From NCBI GenBank assembly GCA_905178155.1, contig CAJINV010000004.1:876629-940628 (forward strand): a DNA stretch of 64,000 bases, given 5' to 3'. The position numbers were made by a program, and so were the translations under genes. The stretch comes from Amoebophrya sp. A120. Its lineage: Eukaryota > Protista > Dinoflagellata. Positions 11,498-24,112 of this stretch are shown one piece after another. Position 1 is the stretch's first letter. Every line of letters starts with the position of its first letter. A model generated the notes under the pieces. The model worked only from the letters and a program-made list of their open reading frames with translations, was not told where the DNA came from and did not search any database.

Positions 11498-14400
11498 GAG
11501 AGAGAGAGAGATAACCTATATAGCAGATCAGATCAGATCAGAGTGGCGACGCGCACGCAACCACCGGCGGCAGGGACGACCATAAGGGTCAGGCGACTCC
11601 CCTTTTTTCGAGGGGTAGAAGAGGGCCAAACCCGCACGCAAAACTTCGGCGGGCCTAGATCGATCAAAGAAAGCTCTTGTGCGTGAACGCTACAAAAAGC
11701 CAAAATTAATCGAAATAGGTCTTGTAATGAATAGCCTTCAAAGACCCGACGTCCTTATGTTCTCATGTTATTTAGCTCCCGACGGTGATCGCAGCACCAG
11801 GAGCCCACACGAACTTGAAGAGTAGCGCGCGGCTAGCAGAGCAGAGAAGGCGCGAATCGCCGACCTTCCACAAGCGGAGGCCAAACTGTAAAATGTTTTT
11901 TCCAAGCAGAGCTGTAGCGAGCGCAATAGCGCTGAGGAACAGGTAAGCTAGACAGGACAATAGCAAGCTAGACAGGACTAGTAAACAACGCACGCCACAC
12001 AGTAGAACGAAGGCCTTGTATCCGCTCTCCCGCTATCGTGATGTCGTTTCCACCTCGCAACGCCTTTCTGTGGTCCGTCTGATCTACCCGCGGATTATGC
12101 GGAGGCGTTACCCTCGTCGAAGGCTTTCGTGGGTGAATCCGGGACAGTTTTGGTAGTCAGTTCGTCAAGGTCAAACCGGAAGGCGTAGGGATGGTTTACC
12201 TGTGGCCTTGTAGCACCGCTGCTGTCTTGAGCGTACCGCTCTTGGCGCGCACGTAAAAATCAAGACTTAGGCTTAAAGCGGGCTATTGTTTGAATGAACC
12301 TGAAAAGCTGAACAAAAGACGACAGGTCCCCGCAGGTGCTCTTCCACGCTACCTGCTGGCGAACCGAACTAAGGAAAACCCCTCCTCAGACTAGCCATCG
12401 TAAGCCGAGCGGATCCCCTGCGACGGCTCGACGCGGCTATTTTAGCGCGTAAGCCTTATGGGCTTAGACGTCTTGAGCTTTTTGTATACTTTCGTGGCAC
12501 TTTTATCTAAGCACTTCTATCTAAGCTCGTTGCTCTAGGAAGGGCTTAGCGGGTGAGCGACAGCTGCGTTTTATGTATACTGTTCTCCCCTGATGCCCTC
12601 CGCGCTTTGCGCTCGCGATCGAGCTCAGTAGGGACAGTCTTCGCGTTCTTCGTCCTTCTTAACTATGCACTGCAGCTCGGTGCCTGTAGCTAAATTTCAG
12701 CCTCAACACACGCCTCAACATCATCTCACTTTTCCCCCGATCTTCCTGGTGCTGCTCCTTTATCCCCACCTCCCACTTGGCGCACCCACGGTGCCTGACT
12801 TCCGGCTCCGGAGAGCCCAGGGGACGCACTGTGTGTGGTTCCGCTCCTCCCGCACTAACGCCCCACACTTGCCCTGCCGCCTGAGGTATCTCTTGCCACC
12901 ATGGCCAGACTGTGGGGGGGAGGGTGGGGATTTCTGCAGCGCCTCGTGGTGCTGCCCTGCGGTTTGGCTCGGTGGCAAAATTGCGCATGAGAAGACAGGC
13001 TCTGGGGGTGGTCGGGGCTGTGGTTTTTTCGTCTGGTGTTTGGCGCCGCGCCAATCAACAGAAGGGAAGAAGCTGCACGGTGCCGCTTTTTCTGCTGTTT
13101 CTCATGCTGCTGACGCTGTCGAGCTACAGATCGCCGATCCACTTCGCAATTTTTTCTAGGTCTCGCTCGTGCACTTTCGTCTGTGCTTTTTCGGGTTGCC
13201 ACTCCAAGACCTCCTGGAACTCCGCCGCGTTGAACTTCTCCTGCCCCGCCCGTATCGCGTTCGCTAGCCCCGTGGGAAGAATTCCCGCGCACTGTCTCGA
13301 GGCGGCTTCGTAGTAGTTGAGAATGTTCTTCACGTTTTTCGGCTCTTTTAAATAACTTGTGCGAGATTCGCACGACTTTTGTCGTGGCCAGCCTAGATGT
13401 TCTTTTCGCAATTGCACTAAGTGCACATCTTCGCACTCATACAAAACGTGGTCAGTGCTTGGGGTCACTTTTTTCGCGCAGATCGGACAACTCATGTAAC
13501 TGCTTGAAGGGTTCCTGGCGTCGTGTACAGTCTTTCCCATGCCAAGCTGCCCCTGGTTTCCCACCCCTAACCATACTAGACACATTGCGTTATCTATGAA
13601 GCGAGGGCGTTTTTCGTGACTTTGGTACTGCCCTAGCTCTTCGGACCTGCGTAGTAAGGCGGGGTGGGTGCTGCTGTATCCCCTTGGGCAGCTGTACACT
13701 ATCTGACTGACTATCTTCCGCAGAAGCTTTTCGGTGATGACTTTTTCAAAGGTTTTGCGTCCCTGTGACGAGTCTCCTACGTGCTTCAGGCCTCTTGTTG
13801 CCATTGCGTCTGCAAAGTCGTTAAAATAGCACCCTAAGTGCGACGGGCACCAGTTAAGGATGATCTCAACCCCCGGAGCCGATGCTTGTTCAAGACGTTC
13901 CAGGGCCTTCACGATGTCAATCGCCATGACGTTGGATTTGTCGCGCAGTGCTTCTATCGCCATCACCAGTCCGTTGGAATCGATGTAGAAGACGTGTCTT
14001 CTTATTGATTTTAGTATTGCTGCTGGTATTTTTTCTAGTATTTCGTTGATCTGATGCATCAAACCGAAGCACTCGCCGTCGAAAGAATCCGGGTTTATCT
14101 CTAGTTCGAAGTGGATCTTCGACTCCACTCCGCAGAAGCTGGCCACTACTGGCGCGGGCCGTGGCGCCGTCGGGAGAACCTTGCGCCAGGTTGCTCCTCC
14201 ACCGCTTCCTCTGTCGCCTTTCGCCCCTCCGTCGGTGAAGGTGGCCATCGTGTCGGCTCTAGTCAGGTGTCGCCGGGCTTCCTTCTCTATCAAACGCGAG
14301 ATCATTCGCCGCGTGTTGTTTTTCAGTTTGTGCTTCTTGATTTCGGCAGGGTCACGAAGACGGAATCTACTTGCAATTTTACTCATTGGGAAGACGTGGA

Positions 14401-15171
14401 TCTTGTTCACCCCCTTCCAGAACTGCCTGCCTACCTGCAGGCTAGCCGCGCTTGCCGCTATTGGTTGAAATTCTTGATTTAGTGCTATTCTGTTCATTCG
14501 ATTCGTCCATGCTTCGTCGCAATGCGCCCATAGCGGATTGTCTTTTAGTACTGTTGCTGCTACGGGGTCGCGGAGCGAGGAGATTCGCTCTGCGCTCGGG
14601 ATGTCGTCGGGGGGGAAGTCGTCGCCATCTCCTGCTGCGTTCTGCGAAGCCGCACCGGACGACTGCGAGGCAGCTACCGGCGGGGCCTGAACCTGTGAAG
14701 GGGGGCGGGGCTGAGTGCCTGCTGCACTCTCTACTTCTTTGCTTGGCCTGAAATCGGGCACCTCTTCCTCCTCCTGGTGGAAGGGCCAGATTCCGAGCGC
14801 GGCCCCCTTGTAGAAAGTCATTAATGCCTCTACTAGCAGACTGTCCACCGGGTGCGGCAGCCCTGTGGCATTGTACATGACCGAATTGCTGCAGTGCTTT
14901 GGAATGCCTAGCTTCTGTTTTATTTTTGTTGCAAACTCTTTCGCGATTTCCTTCTTTGCTGTCTGTGTGAAATACGGAAATGTCACTACGGAAACCGATG
15001 TCACTGCTGGGAATGCAAAAGATTCGATGAGCATCTTGATTTGTTTCTTGCTCCAACCTTTTTCGGTTTGTAAAAATGCAAACTCCTTTCCGACTTTTTT
15101 CAAAACCTGCTCTGCCTGGGAGTTGAAAGAGTACGTCCCGTCGTACGTTACTCCGAGACTCTTCCCAACCC
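11498..15171 (-). mobile_element. 5'-truncated non-LTR retrotransposon (RNase H-containing clade)
   Basis: RT C-terminal remnant KSLGVTYDGTYSF, RNase H, CCHC-type knuckle, ~1.6-kb 3' UTR, (TC)n tail. Candidate TSD cggaaaga at 11490-11497 and 15172-15179. Confidence 0.75.
13124..15170 (-). pseudogene. Truncated LINE ORF2: RT thumb remnant + RNase H + Zn knuckle
   Basis: TFTDGGAKG...GECFGL...FYIDSN...LNWCPSHLGCYFNDFADAMA (RNase H D-E-D-D) and CPIC-x7-HVLYEC. No RT core or endonuclease in the window. Confidence 0.8.
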
Positions 15172-16754
15172 CGGAAAGAAGTAGTGGCCGCTCGAGCGGT
15201 GCAGATGCTGAAGATTCATGTAGTTACATTGCAATTTCTTACGATTTCTTCCAATTCAATTCGATTTACAAATTACGTGAAGCAGTAATTTCTTCGTAGA
15301 AGTACTTGGTTGCCATGCGAAGGATTCTTTCGTTACCAATTGTTTTCGTCCAACTAGAGCCCGGTGGTCGAGACATTAGATATCATCGACTAATCCGTTT
15401 ACATACATGCTACCACCTAGCACGCAGAGTATAGGATGAGGATGATCGTCGGGTAGATCGGCAGCTGACCATCAATCAACAGCCTGCTCTGCAAATGCAA
15501 CGATAAAATTGAAAGTAAGCTGCTCGCCCCACGTCAGAGCAAAGCTCATTAGAACTACTACGCTCGAAAAGTTCTTCTACATAGACCGTGATCGAGTCCA
15601 AGTGAACAATGGGAGGAGCTCCTTCCACAGATACTAGACAAAAAAGCGCGGCGGACCAAAAAGAAAAGCCTTGGATCACCTTCGCGGAGTGGTCTTCACT
15701 TACTGCATAACGCTTCGCAGGGGCAGGCAAAACGCTGCTGCAGCTGCACTTGCTACAGAAACATATACGAGCGCTGGCTATGATCGTGTTTGACTGACTT
15801 GCAGCCACGAGCTGCAGTGTGATGTAAAGCGACACAAGTGACCAATTGCGATGAGGGATCTTCAGCTTCACGCCGATGTGGAACTAAAAGACGAGGACAA
15901 TCACAATTCGATAAAAATACACATTATTCGATAGTAGATTGATAGTTGGAGGTGGACAATATCAACAACCACGACACCGTCAACGTCAAGAAACGGAATG
16001 ATCCTGCTTCTGAAAGCGCTGTTGCACTGCCGACGATGAAAAGAATACTCGTGTTGTGACTGCTCCTCGTCGTCAGAACTACCGCTCCATTGCTTCATGC
16101 ACCATCCTGATTTTCACCATTGATTCGTCAGAATTCAAAAGACTCTGCAATGTCGTGTGACGACAGAAATTAGCGAACGATGCTGGTGTCCAGTCGATAT
16201 ATTTGCAAAAAAGTAGTGCTGTAGTCCTTCACCACTCGTAAAGCATCAGGTGTAATATTAGCAGTGGATAAAGAAGTTGTGCCATCTTCATTGATTATTT
16301 GGTAAGCAGGCACTTTGCTCATGATTCCAAGCCGCCTGAAAATCGGTCAAAATTATCCACCTGGACGACGAAGAGGATGATGCTCGTTGTGATTTCGTAC
16401 TGAAAGCACGCACTATCTTCTGCCGCCATGTAGTAGGCCTAACACTTGGACTAAGTTGAAGATCAGGAGCACCATCGGGCCTACTTACTACTTGCATCGA
16501 TCGTCCACCATTAATCATTTGACTCGCTTGTTGCATCCTCAGGCGTGTTCGAAAAGGCCCTCAGAGAAGTAGGCAAATGCAGCAAATCATGCTGACGATT
16601 CTTCAAAAATTGTATTTCTGAAAATAAGCTTTCATTTTCTAGGGGTACCTGCAGATCATAGAGCAGATACAGAACTCATAATTCTTGTGATACATCTGAT
16701 AATATAAATATATCATGATGTAGTTGTTCTTCTTCTTATCACCGTCAACACCGT

Positions 16755-17388
16755 CTACTTCTCGTCCTCCTTGTTAAACATGAAGGTCAGCCCGGACTTC
16801 CCGCAATGGTAGCGGTTGTGATGCATCGCCATGAAGACGCCTGCTCCGCAGATCGGGCTCTCCTTACGCAACCGGGTCACTTTGTTGTTGGCGTCGACCT
16901 GTCGACGTGTTTCGTATTGGTCATTATTTTATAATTCGCAAGTGCGGACGAGATCATACGAGCTAGTTGTGACATTTCATCTTTATCGATATTTCTGAAA
17001 ATAAATAAGTTTTGGAGGACTGAGGAATCCGAATGCTGGTGTTCATCTTCACGTTGTACTTTACCTTGTAGTATTTCAACACTGCGAGCTTGACTTTCTT
17101 GTGCTTGTGCTTGATCTTCTTCGGCTTGGTGTACTGCTTCTTCTTGCGCTTCTTCCCCGCGCCGAGCAGGTCGACATTCACGTCGACCGTGCACTCCTCT
17201 TGCAGCACCTCCCCGACGAAAGCGTCTTCCGGGATGTCCTTGCCCCCATAGGACAAGTGGAAATTATTTTCCTGCTCTTTTTCCACGACGTCCAGAGTGG
17301 CCAGCAGTTCCCCAACCGTGGCCTTCTCATCGACGCAACGCACCTGCGAGGCGCCGTCGACGCCACGCACGAAGATCTGCATCGGCAT
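16755..17388 (-). CDS. RPS27A: Ubiquitin-like-ribosomal protein eS31 (S27a) fusion, 2 exons, 155 aa
   Basis: [30 protein letters not shown]|[13 protein letters not shown]...CGAGVFMA; GT-AG intron 17064-16899. Confidence 0.95.
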
Positions 17389-18351
17389 GGTGGATGCACT
17401 CCGAATGCAAGGCTACTTTTTCTTCTGTTCACCCGAAGTTGTGAAAATTCTACTAGTTCCAAAACAAGTAAACGCTAATTAAGTAAGGGTCGATGAAAGC
17501 AATGGTTTTGATTACGAATCGAGAAGAGGACACCACAATCTTGAACGTCAACCAAATTATTGGCTGACTGGCCTGCAAGACAAAGGAAGGAGGATTACTG
17601 TACGTAAACAACACACAACAACATCTACCGCCAGCCTCCGTGCATGCTGAAGAAAAAGAAAGAGCACTACAGGTACAGACAAGAAGATCTTCGTTGGAAG
17701 CACCAATACGTTGCGATCGGTTTTTGACCTTCTTGTTCTTAAGAATAAGGCTTTCCGTTTGTTGCCACTATGATGAGATCTACTCCTCCTTCAATAGAAC
17801 AAGGACGAGAAATACAACGCCGCTTAGTATTATCGTTTTCATCGTCCGATAATATCTTTATCTGCGTGCTCGACGCTCCTGCTGAAATCGGGAAGAGAAT
17901 GTTGAGGCAGGTGTTTGTTGACGTGTTCATCTTCCTAGCGGGCAAAAAATTAGTCTGTTGCTAGCAGCACGACGTTTTGATGAAGATCATGTTGTAGTGA
18001 TTGAGGTGACGAGAGCAGCAACACCAACAGATACGTTCCGCTATATGAGATCCTTTTTTTTCGACAAGTGAATGGGGGAATCGCAGCAATCGAAAATGAT
18101 GATGTGTAAAATGAACACCACTTGCCGTGTGTACCACCGCGACAAGACAACAGAGCAGCTCAGGTCGTCGCCAGATTCGGGCGCATGGGTTCATTATATT
18201 TTTATTTTTTTGTTTCCTTCTTGCAGAATAACTTCCAGGACGATATCATCACAGTGCAGTAGCGTTTGATGAAGACCAACACATGATAGCGTTAGTTTGA
18301 GTTTGGAGATGTGCAGCAGCAGCTTCAGCTCATCTTCATTTGAATAGCAGC

Positions 18352-19083
18352 CTACCAATTATCCGGATCCAGTAAATCGCAGACCCGCCAGTCCTCGTAA
18401 TCCCGCTCCTGTCCGCCCGACCCGGGTTTCACCGCCGGCAAATATCTCCTTATGATGAACGGAATTTTGCCCTGCTCCAATTCCAGTTCCGCGATGCGCT
18501 CCGGATCGCAGCCTTCCAACGACGACGCGTTCAACTGGTAAAGTTTCGGGTCGATCAAAATTTTCGAGTTCAAGGTAATCTGGTTGACCCGCGCCGCCAG
18601 CACCCGTGTCTTCTCGTATTTGGTCAAGTACGGACTGGTCAGATTCCGTCGCCGCCGCGGGTTTAGGTAGTCGCGGCTCTCGACAAAGTCCTTGCCGGGG
18701 TTGTTTTCCACAAAGACGTCGCATTTCTTGTTCCACTCCGCGGTCGTGATCCACTCGGACCGCTTGCTGCCCGGGTGCGCGGAAAGGGCAGAATCAATGT
18801 TCCGCTCGATGGCTCGGTCGGAGTCGGAATCCGTCGGGGCGTCGGAGTTATCGGCCTTGTGGTGCTTCTTCGTTTTTTTGATCTTCTTCGCTTTTTTAGC
18901 GGGGGCGGCACTTGAACTTGTGGTGTTTTGGTTGTTACTCGATGTTTGATTTTCCATGTCCACATCGCCGTCTACGTCGAGGTTCTTGTCTTCCTTTTTG
19001 CTCTTCTTTGCTTTTTTCTCCTTCTCCGGCTTTGGGCGGGAGGTATCTATTTCATCGCGGGGAGCGACGTCGGATTGTCCCAT
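18352..19083 (-). CDS. RPB6: RNA polymerase I/II/III shared subunit RPABC2
   Basis: TSPYLTKYEKTRVL...IAELELEQGKIPFIIRRYLP...YEDW; long Lys-rich/acidic N-terminus. Confidence 0.92.
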   Translation of the reverse strand: MGQSDVAPRDEIDTSRPKPEKEKKAKKSKKEDKNLDVDGDVDMENQTSSNNQNTTSSSAAPAKKAKKIKKTKKHHKADNSDAPTDSDSDRAIERNIDSALSAHPGSKRSEWITTAEWNKKCDVFVENNPGKDFVESRDYLNPRRRRNLTSPYLTKYEKTRVLAARVNQITLNSKILIDPKLYQLNASSLEGCDPERIAELELEQGKIPFIIRRYLPAVKPGSGGQERDYEDWRVCDLLDPDNW

Positions 19084-20315
19084 TTTTACTGCGGTATCAA
19101 AGGAACAAAAGGAGGGCGTGATTTCTGGAAGGTTCAATGATTGTAATTTACTTACTTCTTAATCTTATATCAGTGAACTAGCAAGCTCAAGATCCAGCAT
19201 GAAGACAAGCTTTTCAACCTTAAAGAAATGTGTCGATAAAATTCTTTGTCTCTCTCTGAATAACCTTCCTCTTGCAAAATCCTCGTCCTGGTGGTGGTGT
19301 GCGTTTAGGTCTTATGTCAACCACACAAAACACTAAGAACATTGTCGAGAGCAAGCTCCGTGCGATCAAATTTCTCGGATTTATTGGGAGGACCAAGATT
19401 TGGATCTATACGTACAAAATGGATGGAGTTTTTGGTGGGATCAGGTGGATCAGACTTTTGCACTTTTCTTTTGATTTCTTCCACACTTGCAATCACTGCT
19501 TTGAACTACATGCAGTTTCGAGTCTGTCACAAGGATCTCATGTGAACACGTTCGGATTGGGATCTCAGCCGTGGTTTTCTTCCGTGATGATCTAGTTGAA
19601 CTTTTTGTGGATCGAAACAAACCAGAGCCTAAGATTTAAACTCTCTCAAACTCAATCCTATCGAAAACTCATGAAGAGTGAACTGGAACATCAAACATAC
19701 ACATACATAGTGATCTTTATACGATTTCGCTGTCCATGCCGTCGCCAAACGACGTTGCGCGGCCTTAGCGGTAAAAGTAAGTAGTGACGAGCACAACAAG
19801 ACGAGACTTTACATAGCAACGTCATGGCCCTGCGGCCTACACGGGTACAACGTCTAGTAGCAAGTGAAAGTATTCAGCGCAGTTCCATTTTGTGGGCGGA
19901 GCTTTGTTCATGTTCGTTTCTGGTCTTGATCACTACCTGTAACTACAGACGTTGACACTCACAGTTTCAAATATTTCTCAAGATCTTCAAGAATTACTTC
20001 AGCCATCATGCACGATCTCCAGTTCATTGCAGAATCACAGAAACCCAAAATCGCAGAAGTACAGTCCCACCGCTTGATCCACAATTGGTGCACGTGCGTG
20101 TCCCACTCGAGGACGCCCTACTTGGTGTAGGAGCGGCGTCACGCCTCCTTTGTGCGAAAGGAAGAGGGCGAACAAGCTTGCAATTGTCGCCACGTCGCGG
20201 CCAGGAATTCGTCTACAAACCTCCATCCCGGGCGGTACCACCGCCTACGACGCCTATCCCTATCTGCTGGCTCTTTCCAAGCATGGCAGGGAGAGCTGCG
20301 CCAACATATCACATG

Positions 20316-21112
20316 AGAAACATCCTCAGCTGTATTTTTCCTCATAGGGAAAAAAAAAAAATCAAGCATATTTGTAGATCAGAACTCAAGGCGCGCAGCA
20401 CCGCCCAAGCGGAAAGCAATTCACGGCAAGTTCGGAAATCATGCGCCTGCTGTTTATTTGTGAGTGATGGGATTGCTTTGAAAAGGAGGACTCATCGCGA
20501 CGGTATGGCGCTGAAAAGCATGGCCAAGAAGTGCCTCAGTTGGCCAAAATTGTGACTCGGACCGTCGAGGCTGTAATGCGGAGAAGGCAAAAAAGATGCT
20601 TTTTTTGCAAAAGCAAGCTGCTTTTTTGATCAAAATCCTTGGGATTTTGACGTCCGAAACCTTGCTATGAGTACTCATTTTTTTTGCTATGAGTACAAAT
20701 AACTTCCACGACGGAGTTCTGGATCAGAACTCTCTGAAAAAGCAGCTCACTTTGATGCTATAAGACATAGCTTTTCCTAGGGTCAGGAAGAAGAGTGAGT
20801 ACAAATACGGTAGCAGAGGGAGAAGCTTTTTTTGCATTCAATTCCCGATGCTACGGTGGCCACACGGGGTCACTTTTTTGCTCAGGCGCGACGGTGTGCT
20901 GTTTTTCTTTTTGCACTGCCGCCGTGATTGGCTTCAATTGGTCTGCTTTTCGTACCCCAAACACCATCGCTATGCAGCCTGATAGATGGAGGCTGTACCC
21001 TGTTCCGGAGAACCTCCTGAAGGGTGGGCCTGCTTCTGATACATAAAAACCTGCGCAATTTTTATTTTTATTTTTTGGCCCTATGAGGAAAAATACAGCT
21101 GAGGACTTTTCT
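20316..21112. mobile_element. MITE-like element with 27-bp perfect terminal inverted repeat
   Basis: tcctcagctgtatttttcctcataggg (20323-20349) is the reverse complement of 21079-21105 and extends imperfectly outward. Internal ttgctatgagtac repeats; no clear TSD. Confidence 0.65.
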
Positions 21113-23638
21113 AATTTGATACAACACCACCTGCGTTTATTCTAGTTGACCCGCGGCCCTGCTTTTTCTCCCCGCCTGGTCCTGTGTCGTTCACATCTAT
21201 TCTCACTGCTTCCTTGTGGCCCCCCGCCCCAAACACCACAGTGCCGCCCGGTGCATCATGTCGTCCTCCGCCTGAAGATCCACCAAATGCGTCCATGTGT
21301 GCCAGCTCTAGATTCACTTTACTACCACTGTTTATTCCCGCGTCTTCTTCCTCGTCCAAAGCTGAATCAAGATTGTAATTCTCTTCGTCCTCGTCCTGTA
21401 ATCCGAACTCCTCGTCATCCAGCACTTCTCTGTTCGGCACCGACTCAAACCCGAATTTGGACAAGTACTTCTCCTGCAAGTTTAAGCTCCGTTTCGTCAC
21501 CGGCGACTTTATCTTGCGCGAGGACGACCCCGGCGAAGATAGTACCCGCCCGATCGCGTTGCTCGGAGTCGGTATCTTGCTGCTTTCCTCGCGGCCGTAT
21601 CGATCGTAGAAGAGAACGCCAAACGCGCCGACGAGAAAGCCGACGATCTGCTTCCAATGCACAGGATATCAAGTGTAAAAGTGTCTGGGTCTGGAAGAAT
21701 GCGCGATTTGTCATGCTGCTTTTCCATGACCCATGAGGTCTGGAATGCCGGAGCTAGCATGACAGATTGTGCGAGAGCTTTCTAATGCCTATCCTGCATG
21801 AGAAACTACCTCCCGCCTTGGTCAAAATTGGGCGACTTTTGGTAATCATGCAACACAGATTTTTGCATGCTGCAGATTTACTAGCATGACAAGTTGCAAT
21901 CTTCCAGACCCAGACACTTTTACATTTGATACAGGATTGTTAAATACGATCGCGGACACCAAGATCGTGGTCGGCGTTTTCATATGCTCTGCAAAAGTAT
22001 CGTGCTCGTACGAATTGCTTTTTATACATTTTTACAAATCTTTTTGATATAGGCAAATCCGCATTACAGATTTGATTTGTAATGCTGTGCCAAATTTGTA
22101 TTGCAATTTATACTTACTAGTACGATACTTTTGCAATGCATATTTCATGTTCCCCACCACCATGGCCACGACCGCGCCCAGGTAGCCGATGGTGAGAAAC
22201 CCGATCAAATTGAACATGGCCGCCATGAACGCGCCGAGGCAAACCCAAAATTTCCCCATCGAGGTCAATGCGAAGTAAAATTCGTAGTAGGGCTCGAGTT
22301 GGTTTTCCTGGAAAAAGCTCCAAATGAAGAAGAGCAGCATGTTGACCGGGCTGCTGTAGTACAGCAGGGAAATGGAATCCAGTTTCAAATCCGCGCCACG
22401 AAGCAGCTCCGCTTGCAGCACGGCTTTCACCGCCCGGAACAGCGCGGCAGACAGGGAAATCAGCAGCCCGAACACGGCGAATTGGCTGCCCTCGTTGAAC
22501 GCGCAAATCGCGCCGCCGCCGCAGACCGGGATCAGGGCGAGGTAGGCACTGCGGTTGAACCTGTAGAAATTTCAGAGTCATGCTGTAGCTCTTTGGTGTG
22601 CCAGGCGGGCTGAAGCGAAAAAGTTTAAATTGCAACAAAGGAGGTTAGAAAACAAACGCAAATCTAAATCAATGTTTCTTCGTAGATGATGATGATGATC
22701 TGGAAGTGGTAGTAGATCCGATTTGCTTCGCAACATTTTGGGAACATCAACATATGTAGATGTACCTTTTCCCCTGAAACACCATGGCAGACAGCACGGT
22801 CCAGAGCGGCGTTGAGTTTTGCAGCATCGCGTGAAATATGGACTGCAAAAATGTCTGGGTCTGGAGGAGTGCAAGATTTCTCATGCACATTTTGCATGAC
22901 CACCCATGATGTCTGTGATGCTGATGCCTGCCCTAGCATCACAAATTTTTTGAGGGCTTTCTGATGCGTATCCTGCATGAAAAATGCCCTCTCCACCGTG
23001 TAGCACAAACACAAAGTCGAATCTTCTACTTGCTAGTCATGCAACACAGATTTTTTTAGAACCCGAAGCCAGCATCAGAAGTTGCATCCTTCCACCAGAC
23101 CCAGACATTTTTGCAATCCATATGAAACGACGGGTAGAGGTAGACGAGCGCCATGTTCGCCGCACCCAGACTCAGCGCTCCGGCGCAGGAGAAGGGTGTT
23201 ATCAAAAAGAGTTGCTGCCTCATGGTCAATATCGGCCGGGTTTCCCTGGGGACGATTTCGAACACGAAGAGACCAACGCTCGCCGCCACGTAACTCATCA
23301 GCATGTGCGTCCCGGTCAGCCACACCGGGTAACGAAAATGGTGCTCGACGTACAGCTATGAACTGCAAAAGTATCGCACTCGTATAAACGCATTACAAAA
23401 AATTTCCTCAGCATGAGAAATCAAATTTGTAATGCTGATCGGACTTCAGAAAAAAATTTGTGATGCAAGACTTGCATTTATACGAATACGATGCTTTTGT
23501 ACAGGATAACAGCCATTTCGTCACGTTCACCAAACCGACAGAAATCGCAAACCCGGTTATCACGAGGATGAAAATGTAGCACCGACCGATTTTACTCGTG
23601 CTGCTGGTACCGCTGTCAGAAGCAGAAGTGGCGGCCAT
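21111..23638 (-). CDS. Triose-phosphate/nucleotide-sugar transporter family (SLC35E-like), 6 exons, ~479 aa
   Basis: Spliced: KWLYVEHHFRYPVWLTGTHM...LGAANMALVYLYPSFHAMLQNSTPLWTV...FRAVKAVLQ...LLYYSSP...VVGNMKTPTTILVSAIVFNNPVHWKQIVGF. Four introners plus GT-AG intron 22765-22561. Confidence 0.88.
21667..21931. mobile_element. Introner family B (TAT..TG[CT]AAAA[AG]TGTCTGGGTCTGG)
   Basis: IR termini; DR cagga. Removing 270 nt is in frame. Confidence 0.92.
21983..22142. mobile_element. Introner family A
   Basis: DR tttca. Removing 165 nt gives GNMKTPTT. Confidence 0.92.
22837..23122. mobile_element. Introner family B
   Basis: DR tgaaa. Removing 291 nt gives PSFHAMLQ. Confidence 0.92.
23357..23508. 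mobile_element. Introner family A
   Basis: DR acagc. Removing 157 nt gives KWLYVEHHF. Confidence 0.92.
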
Positions 23639-24112
23639 CCTTTTCCTTTTCACTCGAGAATCAGCAGTATATTTTTGCCTTGTTGTGATGTAAGTAGTGG
23701 TAGACAAGAAGCCCAATTGCCGTCGATTATCTACGTAATCTAGATCTATATTGCAGCTGCTTCCAGTGCAGTGCAAAGCTCGGCGTGTGAGCTCTGTTCG
23801 TCGGTCAAGGTGTCGGACCACCTGACTCTTCGCTCTAAAGAACTAGGCCTGCTCAACAGCAGTGAGCAGCAGCCTCTCAAAGAAAAGTAGCAAATCCGCA
23901 ACGATGAACATCAAACACGCGCGCACGACGACAATTGCATCTTGTTCAAGTAGAACATACCCAGCACCAACACAAGCCAGGTGCCCGAAGAGTAATCGGT
24001 TATTCGGTTCATTCCTTCGCATTCTGATACAACGAGTAGATGTCAGAGGACCACGACCTCCACGATGGATGAGAAATATAAGCTAAAGCTTTTTGTTTTT
24101 GGATTATATCAT

